From positions 39,680,001 to 39,744,000 of the forward strand of contig OY740795.1 of NCBI GenBank assembly GCA_963514005.1: 64,000 nt of DNA, in the 5' to 3' direction. A program made the translations under genes and the position numbers. Under the pieces are notes generated by a model, which worked only from the letters and a program-made list of their open reading frames with translations, had not been told where the DNA came from and made no database searches. Of the stretch, positions 51,790 through 64,000 are shown piece by piece. How positions within the stretch are numbered: position 1 is the first letter of the stretch; each line of letters starts with the position of its first letter. The stretch is from Raja brachyura. Taxonomy: Eukaryota.

Positions 51790-52730
51790 TATGAGAACAT
51801 AAAATAGGAAACAGAAGTAGCAGAAACCCTTCAGCCCCTTGTGCCTTCTCTATCATTCAATGTCATATCCCATCAGTCACCTCAATGCTACTTTCCAGCA
51901 CCAATGCCATGCCCCTCAATATTCTTAAAATCTGTCATTCTCATCTTGAATTCACTCTGTGACACTCTGTCTCCACAGCCCCTCAGGTAGAAAATTCCAA
52001 CAATTCACAACGGTCTGGGTGAAGAATTTATTTTCATCTCATTCCTGAATGGCCAACATCTTATTTCTAGAGTGTATGTTAATTTGACTTTAACCAGTGG
52101 AAACATCATCTCTGAACCATCTGGTAAAGTCCTATAAATGTTTTAAAATGTTTCCTCAAGATCACCTCTCATTCTTCTAAATTCTAGAGAATTCAGACTC
52201 AGTCTGCTTAATGTGTCCTCATTGTCCTCAAAGTTGCCAGGGGTAAACGTGACGGAAAAGGTTCGGAACCCCTGGCTTAATGTGCCTTATTACAACACAA
52301 ACTCCCATCCCATTAATCAATCCAGCAATTTCCTACATTCCTTAAATTGAGGGGATACATTTATTCCTTTCCAAACAATGGAACCAATGTTTGCCATCAT
52401 CATGGCTACATCTTTCAAACCATGGGATGCAGTCCCATTCATTTGTCCAATATCTTTTTACCTCTAACATAATTTCCTTTCAGCAGTTCATTAACCCTAG
52501 ACCTCCACTAGGTTCTGGGTTTTTAAGGTACATGAAGACACGCATAAAATATTTGTTTAACTTCCCTGCAATTTCCTTTCTCTGTAGTGGATCAACAACT
52601 TTTGCAAATCTTTTCTTTCATGTTTCTATGTAAGCTTTGACATTCTGTTGTGGCATTCATCATCAGATTACTCTCTTATTGTACTTTTCCTTATCAATTT
52701 ATTGATTGTCCTTTGCTGAATTCTGAAATT
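51790..52730 (-). mobile_element. Old CR1-type LINE remnant
   Basis: Degenerate reverse similarity to the CR1 3' region (gaaattccaacaattcacaac, agatcacctctcattcttctaaa). Confidence 0.6.
52229..52274. mobile_element. Solo right end of the same hAT MITE family
   Basis: caaagttgccaggggtaaacgtgacggaaaaggttcggaacccctg resembles 56068-56113. Confidence 0.75.
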
Positions 52731-52744
52731 TACCCAATTGCCAG

Positions 52745-52980
52745 GTTCACTCCACTGCTGTACGCTGTTCCGGAAGGGCTACAAGGCCGTTTCACTCCCT
52801 CCTTTAGGAAAATCTGACCATGGTGCCATTTTCCTGCTGCCGGAGTATAAACAGAAGATAGTACAGGAAGCGGCAGTGACGAGGGACGTAAAGCAGTGGT
52901 CCGACCAATCAGAGGCCATGCTGCAAGATGCACTGACAGATGTCGACTGGAATATGTTCCAAGCAAGTTCTGGGGACGAA
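52745..52980 (+). mobile_element. Rex1/Babar-type LINE ORF2 fragment (end of the APE endonuclease)
   Basis: YKAVSLPPLGKSDHGAIFLLPEYKQK..VKQWSDQSEAMLQDAL..VDWNMF contains the SDH motif and the following helix typical of Rex1/Babar. Confidence 0.8.
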
Positions 52981-53429
52981 AATATTTTTCCTCATTGGCC
53001 CAGGCTGGTTGGATGTTTCTGCTTTAAAGAACAATCCATTTGCTGTAGTCCATATACTAGTTCTTTAAATGTCAGCCATTCCTTCCACGATGCATCAATG
53101 CAGTTTTCCAATCTACCATAGTTCATTCACACTCCATGCCCTCATTGTTTGTTTTGGCTAAATTTAATACCTCATTATCACATTCAATCTTTATTGAAAA
53201 TTCTATATTATGATCACTCTTCTCTAAAGCCCCCGTTAAATATCAGTTTACTGATTATCCCTTTTCACTGCAACACAAGCTTATGCCTCCATAGCAAGTG
53301 CACCCTCCACAGAGCTGTGCTAAAATTGCCATTACAGCTGAAGTAAATGCAGCAAAGTCCAAACGAACATTTGCTCTTCGAGTTGCATCTTAACTTAAAG
53401 AAACTTAACTTATAACTTACCATCGCTGG

Positions 53430-53975
53430 AGCTGGAGACCTCCTCCGACTGACCTTGAGCTCCTACGCGGGATGCGGACTTACCATCGGAGCCGATCCCT
53501 TGCCTTTGATCGCTCCAACCGCGACCTGTGAAATTTACCATCGTGAGCTTACAGTCTCAGGAGAGACCGTGGATGTCGGGAGCTTCAACGACGCAGAGGT
53601 TCGACCAGCCCTGAAGCGGGCTTCGATCGCCGTCAAGGAGAAGCTGAGATTCCCCCCCAATACAGGAGCTGATCGTCCTGATGCGGAGGGCCCGACCACC
53701 AGCTACAGGAGTCAAGGTCGTCCCGTCAACGGAGGGCTCGAAGCTCCCGACTGCGGGAGAACGATAACGGGAAGAGATTTGAATTTTTCTTTCACGTTCC
53801 ATCACAGTGAGGAATGTGGAGGAGTCACTGTGGCTATTAAATACTATTAAATACATGTTAAAATGTATTTTGTGTTCCGTTGCTTTTATTTGTATGATGA
53901 CTGACTTGGCAAATGAAACTCCTCGTATGTTGCAAAACATACTTGGCTAATAAAGTATTATTGTGATTGTGATTA
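53430..53975 (+). mobile_element. 5'-truncated copy of the 2555-3321 element
   Basis: Shared ggacttaccat.ggagccgatcccttgcct and gcaaaacatacttggctaataaagtattatt. Confidence 0.8.
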
Positions 53976-54217
53976 AAACATAGGAAATAGGTGCAGGAGT
54001 ATGCCATTCAGCCCATCGAGCCAGCACCGCCATTCAATATGATCATGGCTGATCATCCAAAATCCCGTTCCTGATTTTTCCCTTGATCCCTTAAGCCCTA
54101 TGACCTAAATCTAACTCTCTCTTGAAAACACACATTATTGGGCCTAATGACCAAGATATTCCTGAATTACAACTCCTATTTTTTGCCAAAGACCATGTAA
54201 CTGTACAGTCCGCATAC

Positions 54218-54266
54218 CTTCACAAATTCGATCCAATCGTTGCCTCTTCACTTTGTGCTTGTCCAT
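54218..54266 (-). CDS. CTBP2: CtBP2 N-terminal coding segment MDKHKVKRQRLDRICE-G (contains the KRQR nuclear localisation region)
   Basis: Minus strand reads ATG GAC AAG CAC AAA GTG AAG AGG CAA CGA TTG GAT CGA ATT TGT GAA G|gtatgc. This matches human CtBP2 (MALV)DKHKVKRQRLDRICEG. Phase-1 donor at 54217-54216, the same phase as the RIBEYE exon. Too short for the ORF track. Confidence 0.95.
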
Positions 54267-54386
54267 CAGAGATGTCAATGGTGCCCCTTGAAGAATGTGT
54301 TTCACTATAACAACCAAACAGCGTTCAAGGTGTTCACTATTCAGATGAATCCAAAAGAGTTCAAGTGCATAACTCTATCCCAAATC
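54267..54386 (-). other. CTBP2: 5' UTR part of the CtBP2 start-codon exon (whole exon 54218-54386, 169 nt)
   Basis: Acceptor ttACTAACtactgtctcttcaaatctcctttcAG|G with AG at 54388-54387. An in-frame TAG lies at exon nt 10-12. Confidence 0.75.
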
Positions 54387-54419
54387 CTGAAAGGAGATTT
54401 GAAGAGACAGTAGTTAGTA
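54387..54419 (-). promoter_or_regulatory. 3' splice site with a perfect TACTAAC branch point
   Basis: gttagta at 54413-54419 is TACTAAC on the minus strand, followed by a pyrimidine-rich tract and CAG. Confidence 0.75.
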
Positions 54420-54529
54420 AAACTGGAACAACGTGGATATTGACTATAAACCCGATACTAAGTAGGTAAATAGAAAATACTTTTGTTAAGATGTCCCAAT
54501 ACAATTTCTGAATCAGAACATCTCTATCA

Positions 54530-55400
54530 ATCCCAAGGATGTGTTGCAAAGGGTGCAGAGGGTGTTGCCTGGATTGGAGGACTTTAGTGTTAAGGGCCTG
54601 CCCCAATGTACGAGGTAATGCAAGAGCTCTCCCGTGATTTAAAAAAAAATCAAACTCATGGTAAGTACGTAGAATGTATGTAGCGGGTACGCCGGAGTTC
54701 GGGATGTCTCTTAGCAGCTCATAACGCTAACAGCAGGTACTCGGGAAACGCGGTAAGCTCGTGAAGATTTTTCAACAAGTTGAAAAATGTCCACGAGAGC
54801 CCCGAGTGCCTATGAGCGACTATTACCGTAATTCTCCAAGTTCGAATCAGGGGAAACTCGGGAGAACTCTTGAATTAGCTCATACAGTGGGACTGCCCCT
54901 TTAGAGAGATTGGATAGGGTGGGCTTGTTTTCCATGGAGGAACAAATGCTGAGAACTACCCTTCCAAAAGGTATATCATATTGTGGGAGGCATAGATAGG
55001 ATAGGGAGTGAGAAATGTTTTTACCATGGTTGGGGTATCAAACACAACAGGGAATAGGTCTACTTCAATTCAGTTTAGTTTATTGTCACGTATCAAGGTA
55101 TAATGAAAAGCTTTTGTTTCCTGCTATCCAATCAGCAGAAAGACAATACATGATTAAGGTGCGAGGAAAGGGTTTTATAGGGGATCTGAGGAGTACTTTT
55201 TTTTTTACAGGGAGCGACTGATAGCTACAACTTGTTGCCAGAGGAAGTGGTGGAGTCAGATACAATCACTACATTTAAGAGTCATTAGACCGATACTTGA
55301 ATAGGCAAGTCATAGAAGAATTTGGACAAATGGGATTAATGTGGATGGGTAAAAAGATAGACATGGAGAAGTTAGGATGAAACACCACTTTCTGTGTTGA
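54530..55400 (+). mobile_element. CR1-type fragment interrupted by a Harbinger MITE and a reversed LINE tail (about 55060-55153)
   Basis: VQR..LPGLEDFS / ERLDRVGLFSME continues across the MITE, and the CR1 text resumes after the second insert. Confidence 0.75.
54593..54900. mobile_element. PIF/Harbinger-type MITE, family A, copy 3, inserted in a CR1 fragment
   Basis: tta|agggcctgcccca...gtgggactgcccct|tta gives a 3-bp TTA target duplication (54590-54592, 54901-54903). Confidence 0.85.
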
Positions 55401-55905
55401 CACTCTGAGATTTTAATCCAGATTAGTTTATTGTCAAATGCACCAGGTTCTCCCACAGTGCTGTTCGGGACAGAGTTCTAGGATTTAGTCCTGGTGACAA
55501 TGAAGGAGCAGATATATATATATATATATATATATAGTCAGGCTGGTGCAAGTCTCAGAGGGCAAATCCGCAGGTGGTGTCTTTGTTTCTTTATCGCTAA
55601 ATATCATCCCAAATATGAAACCTTTCTCTTGCACGAAGAAACCTTTCTCTTACTTCAAGAATGCAGAATGCTAAGGGGAAATGACTATGTTTTAAAGTTG
55701 AACTCACTTGAAGCTTAACCTATCCAGCCTGCAACAAGCCTTGTTTCTCACATAAGGAAAGTCAAGAATACAATAGTGATATATGAGAAGACCAGGAAAA
55801 TGATGGCTTTCTTCATATTTTTTTACATTTGCTGAGCATTAATAATTAAAAGTGTATGAAACTCTAATCTGTGATCAATTGACCAGTTCAAGTGAGGTTC
55901 TAAAC

Positions 55906-56113
55906 CAAGGGTTCCCAACATGGGGTAAATTTACCCCCAGGGGGTAAATTTGTTGATTCTGGATTTGTACATTTTTTTCACATTGACTGACTGTGTTTGG
56001 TTCTGGTATATGACTTGTTCATCATTAGTTGTTCATTAATAAATGAAATAACACTGTTATGTGTTATCAAAGTTGCCAGGGGTGAACGGGACAAAAAAGA
56101 TTGGGAACACCTG
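55906..56113. mobile_element. hAT (Charlie-like) MITE with an 8-bp target duplication
   Basis: ttctaaac|caagggttcccaa...ttgggaacacctg|ttctaaac (TSD 55898-55905 and 56114-56121). Confidence 0.9.
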
Positions 56114-56304
56114 TTCTAAACCCACTCAATCCAAGTCTGTGTAATGACAAAGGTAGGTTTAGGGTTTCAAATCTAAATTAACTTTGATGCAACATTCAGG
56201 GTATATATGTAACCAGATGTCATACACATCTCCCTTTGGGGTATTTAATAACTCTTTAAGTAATATGCTATCACATTATGGAAAGATAATTCAGATTCAA
56301 TTAA

Positions 56305-56747
56305 GAAGAAACAAAGAACTGCAGATAGACACAAATGCCGGAGTAACTCAGTCACACAGAAAGCATCTCTGGATGGAAGGAATGGATGACATTTCGGGTC
56401 GAGGTTCTTCTTCAGGCTGAGCCTTCAGAAGAAGGGTCTTGATCCGAAACGTCACCCATTCCTGCTATCCAGGGATGCTGCCAGTCCCACTGAGTTAGTC
56501 CAGCATTTTGTGTCTATCTTCAATGCAAACCAGCATCTGCGGTTCCTTCCTACACAAAGAACTGCAGATGCAGGTTTACAAAAAAACCCCCACAAAAGTG
56601 CTGGAGTAACCCAGCAGGTCAGGCAACATCTCAGGAGGACATGAATAGGGGACGTTTCCGGTCGGGATTCTTCTTCACACTCAGACCTATCCCTGTCCTC
56701 CAGAGATGCTCACTGGCCAGCTGAGTTACTCCAGCACATTGTTTTTC
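56305..56747. repeat. Nested cluster of four Penelope-type terminal-repeat units in alternating orientation
   Basis: Units at about 56327-56420 (-), 56425-56555 (+), 56555-56682 (-) and 56684-56745 (+), with flanking direct repeats (see findings). Confidence 0.75.
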
Positions 56748-58947
56748 CAGATTCAATTAAATAGTGTGACATTCAACGAAATATCACGCACTATGGTTAC
56801 CGCAACTGTCGGAGATAATCTTAGAAAAATCACAGTAGAGTAAGAATCATCTAACACTTGGATTTTCAAATAATAAAACCTTTTTCTTGAGAGGCTTGAA
56901 GCTTGTGTACTGATTCAACACTTAATTCAGCACAAGGAGACACGGATCATTGCTGCTTTGATCATGCCATAAGGAAGGTTACATAAGAATCTATATTAGT
57001 GCTGGAGGTTGAGTGAATCTAGAATATTTCTTACATCCTTTACAGTCTCAGACGTGTCTACTGTCAGATTCTCTAAACATCAGGCACTGTACAACAGTGG
57101 TAATGGAGCATCACAACCAACCTTCCCAATTCACAGCTTTCAGCGTCCACATTATTGCTTTGAAAGGTTAACACAATGATTTTAAATGTATTTTGAGTCA
57201 AAACCAAAATACATCATGCTGCCCCCTCTCCCACCCCACAAGACTAACGCAGCTATCTGAGAATGTGACACACAATTGCCTTCAATTTTCTTTGATTTAG
57301 CAAGACAAAAATGAGAAATTTTTGGTCAAACTATTTTTGCTATTGTCATTGTGTACGAACGATTTTCTGTAGTCTCAAGACAACACATTTTTTGCATGTA
57401 TTCTGATGCTTAAATGTATTTTAACATGGTTTTCATAAATTATTTTAGAAGTTGCCACAATAAAACTGCTGTAAGCACTGGCAGCGTTACTACTTCAGTA
57501 TTAGAAACTGAGCTAATTCTGTACCACCGTCACCTATTGTAACGTGGTGGCTCCCACTGATTGTCGGCGGAAGCTTGCGTCCTTTTCAGGACGGATGATG
57601 ACAGTGATGTCAACATTTGTAACAAGATGGACTCGAAAGAAGAAGCATTAGATCAATTATCCGTTTTTGTTAGTTCTGGCATTTACAATCTCAGTAAAAT
57701 CTACTGCGAATTACAAATCACTTGCAATTTTAGCAGAGTCCATTGTTAGGAAAATTATACTTCTAATTTGTTAATGGATGAGAATTTTTTTAAAAATAAT
57801 TTGAGTAATGTATTTAATGGTTCAATGGTTCAATCAATGATTCATTGGTTCTTTATTATCACATGTACAGTGAAATTCCGCTTTTTTGCATGCGGTTCAG
57901 TAACGTATTACCCAAGCACAATCTCCAATTAGTACAAAGTGCATAGAAATAGTCCACTAAGACAGTATACAACAGTTGCCAGGTTTTGCTGCTGTTTTCA
58001 AAGTCCAGTCGCTCGATCTGCTAGAGTGGTGCCTGATCCAGGTGAGCCCCAGGCTGCTGCAGGGCCTACGGCCGTCACCTGGGTCCGAATCGGCCAGCAA
58101 ACCATTGTCCCTCTCGTCGCCTGGCCAGCCCTTGTGCCCCTAGGGTGCCTCCTGCAGCCATCCTTGAGGGTGTGGGAGGCAAGACCCAAGTTCTCTTACC
58201 GCCCTTTTGCTCTTCAACTTAGCATTGCCAACCATTACCCAATTAAAAGTACCAACAACCTTACAGAATAAGATATCACCCATCCATTGCAGTCCACAAG
58301 TCTTTTATGACTATTTTTTTTCAAATAATGAGTGCTTTGGTTTTAGAAGCAAGTCCCTTATACCATTTTTCTGATTTTTTTTTGTCCCAACTGTGCAGGA
58401 AAGAAATGATTTTAATCTCTGCCTTTAACCATTTGGTGATCATTCTAATTTAAATCTAGAGAAGATACTTACTCCATGTCTATCTGATCAAATCAGTGTC
58501 TAACTTTGCATATCTTCATTAGATCACTTCATAATTGTACATTTATTTAAAACAAAGATAATCATCTACAGATTGAGTGTATGCAAAGACTTCATCTGCA
58601 CTGAAAAAATCCAGTATCTCAGTTTATGGTCAATCTTCATGATTTAGATTCAGAATCGTACAGCACAGAAACAGGCTTGAGCTTGCTCATTATCATATGC
58701 ACAAGTAAGGCGAGGTCCACATACAATGAAAAATCTTGCTTACAGCAGCAGCATCACAGACTCAGACTCATTACTGCAAAGAACATAGTTGGTAAACAAA
58801 AACAAGTCCATGGAGCACTATACCCATTGTCACAATAAAATTAGAGTTGAGCAGATTGATTCAGGAACCTGATGGTTTTTGGAATGTAGCTGCTTCTGTG
58901 AAATTTTAGGAAGTATTCACATCTCAATTGTATCCGGACTTTCAGAT

Positions 58948-59330
58948 GTGTAGGAAGGAACTACAGATGCTAGTTTAAACCAAAGATAAGACACAAAAGC
59001 TGGAGTAACTCAGCGGGTCAGACAGCATCTCTGGAGAAAAGGAATAGGTGATGTTTCGGGTTGAGACCCTTCCTCAGAGCGATGCTACTGTTTCGACCTA
59101 ATTACGTATTGTCAGCATCAAGCTTTAGGATAGATCAGATAGATCCAAATTCTGAATTTTGGGAATTTTGCAGCTTGAGATACATGCGAATGAATTGGAA
59201 TTTAAACATTCTACGTGGCCTTAAAGAATCCAATAATACCTGCAGGTAGACACAAAATGCTGGAGCAACTCAGCGGCACAGGCAGCATCTCTGGAGAGAA
59301 GGAACTGGTTACGTTTCGGGTCGAGCCCTC
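58948..59330 (-). repeat. Two Penelope-type terminal repeats (58948-59078 and 59245-59330)
   Basis: Similar to the reverse complement of 601-730. Confidence 0.75.
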
Positions 59331-61949
59331 CTATCTGCACATTTCTAAAAAGCCAAAAGCTTGCATTCTTCTGCCTAGTTATTTCGTTATCTGAAAGGAA
59401 AAGAGTGGGAGCAGATCCCTGGGAGATGTTGAGGACCTGCTTATTGCTAGCTAAACTGCCAAGCACAGTGTTTCTTTTGCCACACTGTATGGCATACAAC
59501 TTCAGAATTTGCCATCCTCCCTGCACTTCAGAGCACGTGCAGTATAAGTATAAGTGGTCAATTTCCAATAATGGAGAGCCACTTCGGATTTGCTAAAGGC
59601 AAATTGTGTTTGGTCAATCTGACTGGTGTTTTCAGATGAAGTAACATATAAGGTTGATGAAGAGACTGCAGCAGATGTACTCTAAAGTTAAGGGCCAAAA
59701 AACATAGGGAAGGAGATTTACAGGAAAAATCATCAGTGGTTCTATCCAAAACTCACTTCTTGTTAAAGTGGTGAATACAGAATTGATCAGTTTTCAGAAG
59801 GAAGTTGTACTTGCAAAAATAATTTGAAGGTTATGGCCTAGCTACACACGGAGGCAACAAGGACTCAATGGGCCTAATGGTCTCTTCTTCTCAAATACTA
59901 ATGCTATGATCAATGAGTTGCTTCCAAATCAGTGATCCAGAACCCTGCACGTTTAACGCAGTAACTTAATCACTATGTAATTGTCATCTCATGTGATGAA
60001 GCAAAAAATGTTTCAATAGATCTCACTCGTGGAGTATTCATTCTTGGTTCAAAACTACTAAGCAGCTCAGTGCCCCTGCCAAACTAGACCATGTTCAGTA
60101 ACAGTCAACCTTCAAAAAGCAGTTGCTCTATTTTTTACTTTGAACTCTTAGCCCATGACCAAATTATTATGCCCAATGATCAACCAATGAAATCGGACAC
60201 TGAAAGTTGCTCTGTCTGAGCAATAACATTATATTATAGCAGACTGGGTAAGCAAAAAGCATACGTTCTGTACTAAAGAGAGGAGCCAACTGGAATTCTG
60301 CCTGTGCAGAATATAGAAGAGCAGTTGCAACCTTTTGCCAACTGGGAAATGGGGAAATAAATAAATAGACATTGATGTTATTTTGCAGGATGTCATTACA
60401 AAATATTTATTTGGCAGAGCATCCTCTGGCTTCTGAGTGTTCCGACAGACAAGATGAGGTTGAATTTGTTGAAAAATCTCACTTCAGGTTCACAAGCGAT
60501 TAAGGTGATGAGGAAATTGGCCCTCCAATACGGCGTGTGCTGGTTCAGTGCAAGGGGCATGTTTCCCCCTTATTCTTGTAACTAATTGAAAGATTCCCTC
60601 CATTCAGTGCTCAACACGTTGATAAGATATTAAACCGGGAAAGACAAAAGCATTCAGAACTGTATAACTAGAACATTTGCATGTACTTTTAGATAAAGAA
60701 TTAATTAGTACTTGAGGAGATAAGGGTCGTTTGAGTTAAAATGTTTTATTTTACCACACAATTATCATCTTAAGACCCGGTAATTGCTTAATAATTCTCA
60801 TTTCCCCTCTGCACAGAGGGTGTTTTCTCAGCAAATCGTGTTTGAGGCTCTCAATGACTCTTTACATATTTTTACGAATAATCATCTCATAAACGCTCTG
60901 CGCTGAGCAACTCTATCTGAAGGAGAACTAGGAGATGACTCCAGGGCAGTCAGATTCTTTGCGGGTTGCTTACTCTGCATTTCTGCTCCTGTCTATCTGC
61001 TGCTCTTACTCCCACTGGCGAGCTTCCTCTTTGCTACGCTGTACCACTAACTACAAATTAACTGTTGGTGTAAAATGCCGCCACTAAATACTCCCGCTTC
61101 CTCCCCGCCCCACCCCCACATCATCCTTTAACCACACATTTGCCTTTTGCTTTCCTCAATGAGAAATGATCTTGCAAATTGAGCTTTCATGTGCCTGTGC
61201 TTTTCTGGATATCATGTCTGTAAATAGACTATACACCAAAATTCAGCTTCCCAGTTACTTAAATTGTTAGAGTACTCTACCTCTGATCCGTTTCACCTAC
61301 TGAGCCCGTGACTGCTTTACAATTTACCAGCTTCTCTTCAGAGTAGGTCGCAGTGGGAGTTTCACTGTCTTGGGATCAGCAAAATCGTTCTGCTGTTTCC
61401 GAGGCATAGGCTAACCTCCAACTGCCCTTTCCCGCAAATATTCTGATCTACACAGTTCTGAGAACTTCAAGTGCACAGAAATCCTCAGAAAATTAGCGAC
61501 ACACTAATATAATTTGTGTTTTCCATTTATAGACATAGTTTGGCTATCAGTACAGACCGCAGCTCATCACTTCTAACTTCTATTTCTCTCCCCAAAAAAA
61601 ATCAGCTTCATTCTTGTTGGTAGATATTTGTCTTCATCTCTCATATTCTTGAGTTCTCTGCTCTCCCATTTTCCTGCACTTCATTGCTCTTCAATGTTTC
61701 TGAGCAGCTGCTGCCATCTCAGTCTTGACTCTCACTATATGCCTTTCTTGACAATGTCCAAATAACCCATCGAGGTCTCCCCATAAGCAGCTATCTTACT
61801 GCCATCATCCTGCTCTCTTGCCTGCTCCCTGGACACCAGCATGACCATCTCCATCTCACACTCTGCAAGACTGACAATGGAGTTGTGGTCACCTCTACTC
61901 TCCACCGCCACAACATCTGTTCACTTCCAAGCAAGGCCCTTGCAATGAT

Positions 61950-63900
61950 CAACATGACTGGGATTGATGAATATTTACTCGGCTAATTGAGCACCTTGAC
62001 ATAACGATACATTCAACCATTTGCCCTGCAAACTCCATCTTGATTCATCCACAAGGTCATTCTTTGAGCATCTCCTCTTGCTCCACCTATCTCGCTTAGA
62101 GATGATTTAGAATCCTCCATTTCTAGCTTCTCGAATATCATAAAAATATTCATCATAAATATGTTCATTTCTTGGTCCCACAACCATGGCATGATGACAT
62201 TTCTCATCCACAGTATCAATTTCTGCTCTCCCTGCCTTCCTGATCTCTCCACATAAAAAATCCCAACCCACAATCCCAGCCAATAGTTGGCCCTGCATAG
62301 AGACTGCAGATGCTGGAAGCTTGAACAAAATACAAACTGCTGGAGCAACTCACTGGGTCAGGCAGCATCTGTTGAACGAGATTGACCATCGATATTTTGG
62401 GTTGGGCCCATTCCTCAGACAGATGGAATAGAGGGTAGATATCTGGTGGAGAGCAGTGAGGGGGAATGGGTGGGGCAATGTGATGTGATGGGGAATCCAG
62501 GCAAAGATGGGTTCATTGCCAGAGAGGTTACGAGAGGGAGCAGAAGGGTGGGGATAGTAACTGGGGATGGAGGTGATACGTGAAAAAGTCCCATGGGTGC
62601 AAATGGTGGAATTTGATTTAAGAAAGAAACGTTGGGGGTGATATTTACAACCAGTGGAAGGGATGATAGGTGAAAGGGCTCTGGGGAGGGGGGGGGGAGA
62701 CAGCCTGGAAAAAGGATGAGTGGGTGATAAATAGAAAACATAGAAAATAGGTGCAGGAGGAGGCCATTCGGCCCTTCGAGCCCGCACCGCCATTCATTGT
62801 GATCATGGCTGATCGTCCCCTATCAATAACCCGTGCCTTCCTTCTCCCCATATCCCTTGACTCCACTAGCCCCTAGAACTCTATCTAACTCTCTCATAAA
62901 TCTATCCAGTGACTTGGCCTCCACTGCCCCTAGATACGTAGATGAAGAAAGAGGAAGAGGGGAAAGGAACGGGGTAACTGAGGCAGGGCAGTGTTTGTAA
63001 AGGTGTGAACAGGGAGGTGGTGAGGTACAGGGGAAGGTGGGTAGGTGAGAAGGGGACAGTGGTTGATTTATTAATCGTTGACCTTGCCTTCTCACATGCC
63101 ATCCAGTCTCCCACTCAATCACCATCATGGTCCACGAAGCCTTTCTCACATTGCTTGCTGTTGGCATTTCCCTCACCTCTCTCAACCCTCTTTCCCATGT
63201 CCATCCCAGAAAAAAACATTCACAATTCACTTACTATAGCATTGTTAAAATCCTAACCGCATATCCTTTGATCTTTACACGTCCCAAGATTCCTGCAGCT
63301 TCCACACCTTCACTTCCATTACTGCTTCCCTAAACAACATTAAAACTATTATTCCCTGTTACTGATGTTGGTCCCCACAATGTGGCCTCATCTATATCTC
63401 CATTAAGTCCATGATTGTGGCAGCCACAAAACACAATCTGTGGACAATAGAACGTTGAAATATAAACAATCTTACATCCAGTCCCCCCCACCCAGCATTA
63501 TGCACCAGTATGTTGATCGGCACCAATCTCATCCCTTCCACTCTCTAAATTGTGGCAGCTCGGCTAATATTCCGTCCAGGGTAATTATTCCATCTAATGT
63601 AACAGACATGTTCTCCCAGCCACTGTCTTCACTCCTCGAACAAATTGATCCCCATCAATTCTACCACCTTTATGGGCATCAATCTGAAGTGGACCCTCAC
63701 TATAACAGCCATGATACCCATATCCAACAATAGGACAAACTTTGTCCATGGATGATTGCCACCACCCACTTCCTTCTAACGATGCCCTGCAAAGCTCATG
63801 AATCAGTTCATCTCCTGTGGAACCTTATCCATTACCTAGGTGACCATCTAGCTTTGATTTTTTCTTTTGCATACCTTTCATTCATTTGTTCTTTGTACCT
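61950..63900. mobile_element. Mixed degenerate Penelope-like RT/UTR remnants with CR1 insertions
   Basis: Terminal-repeat unit at 62300-62420 (-), purine-rich UTR-like tract, and weak RT-like remnants near 63100-63750. Boundaries uncertain. Confidence 0.45.
62732..62932 (-). mobile_element. CR1-type LINE 3' end. Similar short tails at 14408-14535, 32310-32450, 37850-38040, 39720-39850, 51380-51495, 53975-54125 and 63905-64000
   Basis: Shared 3' UTR text (cagccatgatcacaatgaatggcggtgctggctcgaagggccgaatgg) with octamer-repeat tails. Confidence 0.85.
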
Positions 63901-64000
63901 CTTCATAGAAACATAGAAACATAGAAAATAGGTGCAGGAGTAGGCCATTCGGCCCTTCGAGCCTGCACCACCATTCAATGTGATCATGGCTGATCATCCA

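Overview
This is eukaryotic, not prokaryotic, DNA: a repeat-rich, mostly intronic 64 kb piece of a vertebrate genome. The repeat complement suggests a cartilaginous fish, probably a skate or ray (from recalled repeat families, not a database search). It lies inside the CTBP2/RIBEYE locus on the minus strand. Two coding exons are visible: the CtBP2 N-terminal exon (54218-54386, MDKHKVKRQRLDRICE-G) and the large ribbon-synapse-specific RIBEYE A-domain first exon (CDS 20019-21825). Both end in phase-1 GT donors; I did not find the shared downstream exons, which are presumably left of the window. The rest is mostly transposon debris: CR1-type LINEs, tRNA-derived SINEs, Rex/Babar-type pieces, a dead Tc1, Harbinger/hAT/Tc2-type MITEs, and many Penelope-like fragments whose termini carry minimal hammerhead-ribozyme cores. 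The more unusual observations are an 83-bp near-exact copy of RIBEYE coding sequence 2.7 kb upstream of its own start, five OTX/CRX sites just upstream of the RIBEYE ATG, a shifted CtBP2 start codon with a uORF, a nested foldback MITE, a 90-bp near-perfect hairpin, and nested palindromic hammerhead-bearing units. Almost all short ORFs in the supplied track are spurious. I see no clear evidence of a wholly new system; the leads below are candidates.
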